Source of the DNA: Vibrio alginolyticus NBRC 15630 = ATCC 17749 | Lineage (GTDB): Bacteria; Pseudomonadota; Gammaproteobacteria; Enterobacterales; Vibrionaceae | Reading direction: 5' to 3' | NCBI RefSeq assembly: GCF_000354175.2 | Contig: NC_022349.1 | Location: forward strand, 3,060,001-3,092,000 | DNA: 32,000 nt | Shown here: positions 26,452 to 32,000 of the stretch, in pieces | Layout: each line of letters begins with the position of its first letter | Position numbering within the stretch: position 1 is the first letter of the stretch | The notes under the pieces: model-generated | The model's input: the letters and a program-made list of their open reading frames with translations, nothing else | Databases searched by the model: none | Told to the model about the DNA's origin: nothing | Made by a program: the position numbers and the translations under genes

Positions 26452-26474
26452 TAGTGTAACGAATGCTAGCCTGA

Positions 26475-27851
26475 CTATCGACCACCAATTTCCGGGTGAG
26501 CGATTCGATAACACGGTTCGTAGTCTGAACCGCCAGGTAATTTCATTCGGTGCTGTTCGACAAAGTCTTTTAGCAACTTATCGAGTTTTTTCATGAGGAC
26601 TGCGTCGCCATGAATGGTGAAAGGCCCTCTACGTTCTATTTCTCGAATGCCTTCAGCCTTTACGTTACCTGCCACTATGCCAGAGAAGGCTTGACGCAAG
26701 TTGGCCGCTAAAACTTGCGGTTCTTGATCTAGGCTTAAATCCAATTGTTCCATCGACTCATGAGTAGGCTCGAATGGCAGTTGGAAGTTTGGCTCAATTT
26801 TCAATGACCAGTTAAAGCTGTACGCATCGCCTTTCTCTTTTCGGTGAAGGCGTACCGAGTCCATGGAGCGTTTCATAATACGAGCGACTTCTGCCGGGTC
26901 GTCAATGATGATCTCGTAGTGCTTTTGCCCTTCCTCACCAAGTGTGTCGCGAATGAACTCATCAATAGAGCGGAAGTACTCTTCACTCTCTTTTGGTCCT
27001 GTTAATACGATAGGCATTGGTTGATCGGCGTTATCCGGGTGCATCATGATGCCAAGAATGTACAGTAGCTCTTCCGCTGTGCCCGGGCCTCCTGGGAAAA
27101 TAACGATACCATGAGCCATACGGACGAAAGCTTCCAAGCGCTTTTCGATGTCGGGCATGATGACCAGCTCATTTACTATTGGGTTTGGTGGCTCGGCCGC
27201 AATAATCGAGGGTTCGGTTAAACCAAGATAACGTTGCTGAGTATAACGTTGCTTTGCGTGCCCAATTGCTGCACCTTTCATCGGCCCTTCCATTGCGCCA
27301 GGGCCGCAACCTGTACAGATGTTAAGTTCACGCAGGCCCAGTTCGTTACCCACTTCACGTGTGTACTGATACTCCACTCCATTGATAGAGTGACCACCCC
27401 AACATACGACAAGATTCGGTGCGATACCTGGAGTTAATGCTCTGGCATTACGAAGAATGCCGAACACGAGGTTCGTAATGTGAATTGGGTTAGTAAGGTT
27501 GAGCCGTTGGGCGTCTGCCAAATGCATGTTTACGTAAACGATATCACGCAATACGGAGAACAGATGCTCTTGGATACCTTTAATTATTTCGCCGTCAACA
27601 AAAGCGTGCTCTGGCGGATTAGTCAGCTCAAGCTTAATACCACGCTCACGACGCACGACGTTGACATCAAACGATTGGTATTTATCGAGCAGTTCTTTCG
27701 AGTTATCGGTATGGCTACCGGAGTTCAACACCGCTAATGTGCAATTACGGTACAGCTGATAAAGTTCACTCGAGGCTGTGTTCTTTAAGCGCTCTACTTC
27801 TAGTTGAGATAGCAAGTCCATGCTACCAGCGGGGCTTATATGGGTAATCAT
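26475..27851 (-). CDS. ppnN: Nucleotide 5'-monophosphate nucleosidase PpnN (YgdH; LOG-family core with flanking domains)
   Basis: 458 aa with the LOG/lysine-decarboxylase-like motifs GGGPGAMEG and [10 protein letters not shown]. Its N-terminus [22 protein letters not shown] resembles E. coli YgdH. Strong SD (AAGGAGG). Confidence 0.92.
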   Translation of the reverse strand: MITHISPAGSMDLLSQLEVERLKNTASSELYQLYRNCTLAVLNSGSHTDNSKELLDKYQSFDVNVVRRERGIKLELTNPPEHAFVDGEIIKGIQEHLFSVLRDIVYVNMHLADAQRLNLTNPIHITNLVFGILRNARALTPGIAPNLVVCWGGHSINGVEYQYTREVGNELGLRELNICTGCGPGAMEGPMKGAAIGHAKQRYTQQRYLGLTEPSIIAAEPPNPIVNELVIMPDIEKRLEAFVRMAHGIVIFPGGPGTAEELLYILGIMMHPDNADQPMPIVLTGPKESEEYFRSIDEFIRDTLGEEGQKHYEIIIDDPAEVARIMKRSMDSVRLHRKEKGDAYSFNWSLKIEPNFQLPFEPTHESMEQLDLSLDQEPQVLAANLRQAFSGIVAGNVKAEGIREIERRGPFTIHGDAVLMKKLDKLLKDFVEQHRMKLPGGSDYEPCYRIAHPEIGGR

Positions 27852-28142
27852 AACGCCTCCTTGTGTTGCATTAATTTGAGGGAAAGTACCAACTTACCTT
27901 TTTGGTGTTATACGTATGGTTTGATGAAAGGTAGTTGGCCGATTTGGTTTTATGGTTATCAACTCCCAAGCAACCTCAAGATGATACATTTGCCTTCTAT
28001 AAATACATCATCTTGAAGTGACTTGGGTTTTTACAGCTTAGCAGACTAAAAGGGAAGAAATGTGATAACTCGTTGAAAATTGGTGGTTATAAAGCGTAGA
28101 TTGCACCAAATTTGGTTTGTTTGCTCGCTTTTTGTACGAATC

Positions 28143-29744
28143 TTAGCTCCAGTTAAGCTGGTTTGTTCCACGTTTTTTAGCGTCCGCAAGCATCTTGCCA
28201 AGACGATCGAGCACATACTCTGGCGTATCGGACTCTTTGAAAGACGTCGATACAGCAGCTAAGGTAATCATGATATTTTGCTCACGGAACTTAAAGGGTA
28301 ATTGGCTAATATCACGCTGGATATGCTTAATAAGATCCAGTGTGTATTCTTCAGATTGTTCCGGGACGAGTAGAATAAACTCCTCGCCACCAAAGCGAGC
28401 CACTGTTTCCGTTTCTGATACGCGCTTGTTAATAGTACGAGCGATGATCTTCAGCGCTTTATCGCCAGCCGTATAACCATAGCTATCATTCACCGCTTTG
28501 AAGTTGTCTACATCAAACAGCACAACACGAAGGTTTTGCTGAGAGCGAATCCAACGGCGATACTCTAGCTCTAGTCGATCGTTAAATGCAGTGCGGTTAT
28601 AAACTTTAGTCAGCGAGTCGAGCAACATACGCTGAGCTTGGTCATCTAAGCGTCGACGATAATCTTGCGTAGTTTCAAATACCGCTTCGAGTTGGTTCTT
28701 ACTGTAACTTAACCGCTCTTGCAGCGCTTGCTCTCGCTCTTCCGTCATTTTCAGTCGCTCTGTTAGCGACGCCATTTTTTCGAGAAGAGGCGTGATTTCT
28801 TTTTTCACAACCGCGATATCTTGAGCTTGATTAAGTGACTTTTGGCTTAATTCAACCAAGCTGTTCATTTCTGTGTTGAGCTCTTGGCGGTGTTCAAAGT
28901 AGGTATGATGCTGGTCGACGTTCTGATGAACGGTTTTTAGGTTACTTGCGAGAGAAGTGTTCAGCTGATCAAGGAATTGGCTAGACGCCTCGCGCTCGAA
29001 CTTTGTTGCTTCGACAACCAATTTCAGCGTTGAGAGCGTAAGCTCAATGAGAGACTCGGCACTCACGCCAAGGAGCAACTTAGCGCGAATATCCAGCAAT
29101 CTATCGCCTGATTCTCCCTCGAAATCCAGCTCTGTAATAGTATGTTGGAGGTCGCTGGCTAAGCACTCAAGCTGAGATCTGTCGGGATTGCTTTCAAATT
29201 CACTAAGATGTAGACGTGAATTAGACGTGATGATTTTCAGAGCGCGTTCGTAAATACTCAGTAGCTTAGTGGCTTGATCAGCTTTATTGCTGGCGTGAAC
29301 TTCAGAGAAACTCATCAGGTTCCGTAGTTCACGTTTTAACTGCGCAGGTAAGCCCGTGACACGTTGCAGTGTTTCACCACTGTGCTTGATTTGTTCGTCA
29401 AGGTAACCGTTTTGTTTATCCATCGTCTTCGACTGCTGTTTGAGCATCCTCTCTAATACCGCTAAACGCGGGATAAGAGTGCTGATATCTTTTTGATGTT
29501 GCAGCTCTTGTTGGATTTCAAATAGGTAGTTGGATACCTGAGTATTCGAACCCTGGCAAGCTGAAGACAATGATGCCACAACGCGTTTAAGAACTTGTTG
29601 TTCACGTTTGAATTTGAGTGAAGTATCACGATGAGTCAGTCTGAGTTGGTCAAGTTGACAACTCAGCTGATGCAGCTGCGACTGAATATCGGATTCCAAG
29701 ATTCCCATGAAGTGACTACGGTTAAGTCCATGTACTACTGACAA
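28143..29744 (-). CDS. Cytoplasmic diguanylate cyclase: ~370-aa Q/L/E-rich coiled-coil N-terminal region + GGDEF domain (GGEEF)
   Basis: The C-terminal domain reads LFDVDNFKAVNDSYGYTAGDKALK...VARFGGEEFILLV, with GGEEF at 28377-28391. No hydrophobic TM segment. The RxxD I-site position reads SETE. The start is ambiguous: TTG 29744 or ATG 29708, neither with a clear SD. Confidence 0.9.
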   Translation of the reverse strand: MSVVHGLNRSHFMGILESDIQSQLHQLSCQLDQLRLTHRDTSLKFKREQQVLKRVVASLSSACQGSNTQVSNYLFEIQQELQHQKDISTLIPRLAVLERMLKQQSKTMDKQNGYLDEQIKHSGETLQRVTGLPAQLKRELRNLMSFSEVHASNKADQATKLLSIYERALKIITSNSRLHLSEFESNPDRSQLECLASDLQHTITELDFEGESGDRLLDIRAKLLLGVSAESLIELTLSTLKLVVEATKFEREASSQFLDQLNTSLASNLKTVHQNVDQHHTYFEHRQELNTEMNSLVELSQKSLNQAQDIAVVKKEITPLLEKMASLTERLKMTEEREQALQERLSYSKNQLEAVFETTQDYRRRLDDQAQRMLLDSLTKVYNRTAFNDRLELEYRRWIRSQQNLRVVLFDVDNFKAVNDSYGYTAGDKALKIIARTINKRVSETETVARFGGEEFILLVPEQSEEYTLDLIKHIQRDISQLPFKFREQNIMITLAAVSTSFKESDTPEYVLDRLGKMLADAKKRGTNQLNWS

Positions 29745-29806
29745 TTATCTGATAATAACAAAAAACTTTATAGCGTCATTAGTTATTACGTTCAACAGGC
29801 GTTTAA

Positions 29807-32000
29807 TTATCCATTTTTTAATATTTTCTTGATGTCGTCCTCATTCTTGTAGGACGAATGGATCTTGATCAGGCCTTGGCTAATGGCATGTTGACAGGCA
29901 GTTCTTATGTTACCTGTTGCAAAGCTAGCAGCAGGCGCATTATCGATGGCTTTTAAGAACACCCAGTGGCTTTGCTTATCCTTCAAGCTGACTTCTCGTG
30001 CGATGTGAGTCGCAAGCAACAACAGATCGAGTAATTCCTCATCGTTAATTGCAGTGTAGGCTCGGGGTAAGAACGGATAATCACTGATGCCCATACGAAT
30101 AATACGATTGACGTTGTGCTGCTGTGCGAACTCATCCACCCAAGTCTGGAATTTTTCGAACATGACTTCGGCAGAAGCATCACGGTCAGCGTTCGGTTCT
30201 ATGTAGAGTAAGTTCGCATCTGAGAAATGGTAAAGACGCGACGGTTTTTCTATTTTTTCCGCAAGGAAGTCGCCAAATGCCCGTTCTAGTTCTAGACCTG
30301 CCTTATAGCCGTTATGGACGTACATGCTTCGTAAGAATGGCAAATCGATCATAACAAAGCGTAGGCGATCATTAAGTGGTTCGTGGATCAATTCACCCAT
30401 TTGCCATTGCTCGAAAGTTTCGCTCGACTTTTTCAATGAGCGAGAAAGCTTAACATTCAGCATACGCAAGTTACGTAAACGAGAGCGAGAGTGGGTGAAG
30501 AGGTCGTTACGCAGTTTTTCGATTTCACTTGCTTGGCGCTGCATAATGACACCACGGCGCATAATGAACAAAAACATGACCAAGACAGTAATAAACAATG
30601 CAAATGAGATTTTCTGGAATTTACGATGCTCTCTTTCCACTTGCTCTAAGCGTTCTGATTGACCGATGTAATGGATGGTTTGTTCGGCAAATTCTTTTTG
30701 CTGACGGAACGCATCCTCACTGATTTGGTTAAGCTGCTTTTGTTCTAGACGAACGAGGTTGGTGTATTTTTTATAAGCTTGCAGAGAAAGTTTGTATTCG
30801 CCTGCCTGCTCGTAACCCAAACCAAGTAAACGGTATGACTGCTGCTTAATGAAGTTGTTATTTTCAGGTGACTTTTCAGCAAGCGCTAACGCCAGCTTTG
30901 CATTAGTAATGACGTCTTTACTGTCATTTTGATGATAAGCCAGACCTGACTGAAGCAGGGCAGCCTTTGCTTCAAGCTTAGGAATATTGGTGTATTCTAA
31001 AAGCTCTTTAGAGCGGTCTAAGTACTGCTCTGCTAGCGCGTAGTTATAGAGTTGTAGGTAGGTAGCCGCCAAGCTTAAGCGAATTTTAATGATTCTATTG
31101 ATGTTCTTACTGGTACTTTCATGGTCAAGCACGTTGAAGTAATGCACTAACGCAAGGTTAAACTTACCCTGATAAAAGTAGATGTCGCCCATTTGCTCTA
31201 GGACGTCCGCTAGGATCGGAGAGCTAGGGTAAGAGTCATAAAAATCTGCGGCTTGAGATAAGTATTCGATCGCTTTGTCGTACACTCGTCGCTCCTGGAA
31301 GAGCCTAGCCAAAAGGCGATTCACTTTTGCTAACCTTGCACCACTGTTACTTTCAATAGATTGCCAATAACCGTATAGCAGTTCTGACAAAGCCAAATTG
31401 TATTTCTTGCTATTGAGGTAGAACTCGCCGACGGCTGTGTAGTAGTCGATCAAGGCTAACTCAGAGCGGCTATCGTCAAGCATGGTCTTTGCTTCAGAGT
31501 ACAAGTTTTCCGCTTTAATGATATCGCCACTATGTGAAGCGAGGAGTGCTCTTTGCATCACTAGTCGGTAGCGAACACTGTCGGTGCGTTGTAATACGGC
31601 ATCGGCTTCATCGAGCTGTTGTTCAATTTGGTTAAGCGTATCTTCCGCTTTTGAGTAGTTTTCGTCGTACATCCAAATCATTTGGTTGCGCATCAGTTGG
31701 AGATCTAAGTCCATGTACGGCAATTGATATTCTTGCGCTAAGCGTTCCGCTTTATTTAGGTGCTCGATAGCCGAACGAACATTACCCATGGCGTAATCTG
31801 CCTGAGCGATAATCTTGTGCGCTTCGATGGTGCTGCTTGGTGTGCGAACGCTACGATCTGTTTCGTCGCGAGACATGGCTGAAGGGCTGTCACTTTCTTT
31901 GCGTTCTGTTAGTTCACGCTGTGACAAATAGTTGGTTGCCGCTTGTTTTGCTTGTGATGGCTCTATTTCCGCCAATTGTTGTGCTTCGTTGAGTAACGCG
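29807..32000 (-). CDS. TPR-repeat protein with one TM helix and a C-terminal degenerate (FSDAN) GGDEF-like domain; N-terminus off-window
   Basis: - About 400 aa of TPR-like helical repeats (recurrent xYxxALxxY/ LAxxY patterns).
- A TM helix ISFALFITVLVMFLFIM (30560-30610).
- Then a GGDEF-fold-like region, LRFVMIDLPFLRSMYVHNGYKAG...RLYHFSDANLLYI. FSDAN (30212-30226) aligns to GGDEF.
- The reading frame stays open upstream of the TTG called at 31975 to the window edge, so the ORF is 5'-truncated here. Confidence 0.85.
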   Translation of the reverse strand, partial: ALLNEAQQLAEIEPSQAKQAATNYLSQRELTERKESDSPSAMSRDETDRSVRTPSSTIEAHKIIAQADYAMGNVRSAIEHLNKAERLAQEYQLPYMDLDLQLMRNQMIWMYDENYSKAEDTLNQIEQQLDEADAVLQRTDSVRYRLVMQRALLASHSGDIIKAENLYSEAKTMLDDSRSELALIDYYTAVGEFYLNSKKYNLALSELLYGYWQSIESNSGARLAKVNRLLARLFQERRVYDKAIEYLSQAADFYDSYPSSPILADVLEQMGDIYFYQGKFNLALVHYFNVLDHESTSKNINRIIKIRLSLAATYLQLYNYALAEQYLDRSKELLEYTNIPKLEAKAALLQSGLAYHQNDSKDVITNAKLALALAEKSPENNNFIKQQSYRLLGLGYEQAGEYKLSLQAYKKYTNLVRLEQKQLNQISEDAFRQQKEFAEQTIHYIGQSERLEQVEREHRKFQKISFALFITVLVMFLFIMRRGVIMQRQASEIEKLRNDLFTHSRSRLRNLRMLNVKLSRSLKKSSETFEQWQMGELIHEPLNDRLRFVMIDLPFLRSMYVHNGYKAGLELERAFGDFLAEKIEKPSRLYHFSDANLLYIEPNADRDASAEVMFEKFQTWVDEFAQQHNVNRIIRMGISDYPFLPRAYTAINDEELLDLLLLATHIAREVSLKDKQSHWVFLKAIDNAPAASFATGNIRTACQHAISQGLIKIHSSYKNEDDIKKILKNG

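Noticed and set aside
1-32000. CRISPR arrays, tRNA/rRNA genes, integron attC (VCR) sites, ERIC/REP-type dispersed repeats, prophage or defence-island gene content
   Set aside because: Apart from the IS inverted repeats, I saw no regularly spaced direct repeats, cloverleaf-capable segments or repeated intergenic elements. Every large ORF is accounted for by a recognisable housekeeping, IS or c-di-GMP family.

Overview
This window reads as a Vibrio chromosomal core segment, probably Harveyi clade: the PomA/PomB sodium-motor proteins look V. alginolyticus-like and GC is mid-40s % by eye. Nearly all of it is recognisable housekeeping.

Layout, left to right:
- pepD 5' end (-), then a ~1 kb AT-rich gap.
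- Purine permease, gpt, frsA, crl, proB, proA (+).
- nrdR-ribD-ribE-ribBX-ribH-nusB, thiL, pgpA (+).
- dxs-ispA-xseB (-).
- pomA-pomB, thiI (+).
- GcvB sRNA (-), divergent from a tightly overlapped gcvA / alpha-beta hydrolase / DUF423 / rlmM chain (+).
- An intact 1,292-bp IS3-family insertion sequence.
- xni and ppnN (-).
- A coiled-coil GGEEF diguanylate cyclase and a TPR-TM-degenerate-GGDEF protein (-), the latter running off the right edge.

I found no CRISPR array, tRNA, rRNA, prophage, integron cassette or recognisable defence island, and I cannot honestly point to a clear novel multi-gene system.

The parts not explained by ordinary annotation are:
1. The 1 kb AT-rich pepD/permease gap. 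It holds a promoter-like element, a CRP-like site, an SD-preceded 28-codon sORF and an orphan intrinsic terminator.
2. The IS3 element, with a canonical A AAA AAG frameshift site, imperfect inverted repeats and a 3-bp TGA target duplication.
3. A structured ~290-bp region upstream of ppnN carrying a wrong-strand terminator-like hairpin.
4. The adjacent pair of an active GGEEF cyclase and a catalytically dead GGDEF (FSDAN) TPR membrane protein.

All homology statements come from my recognition of protein sequences and motifs. No database search was run.
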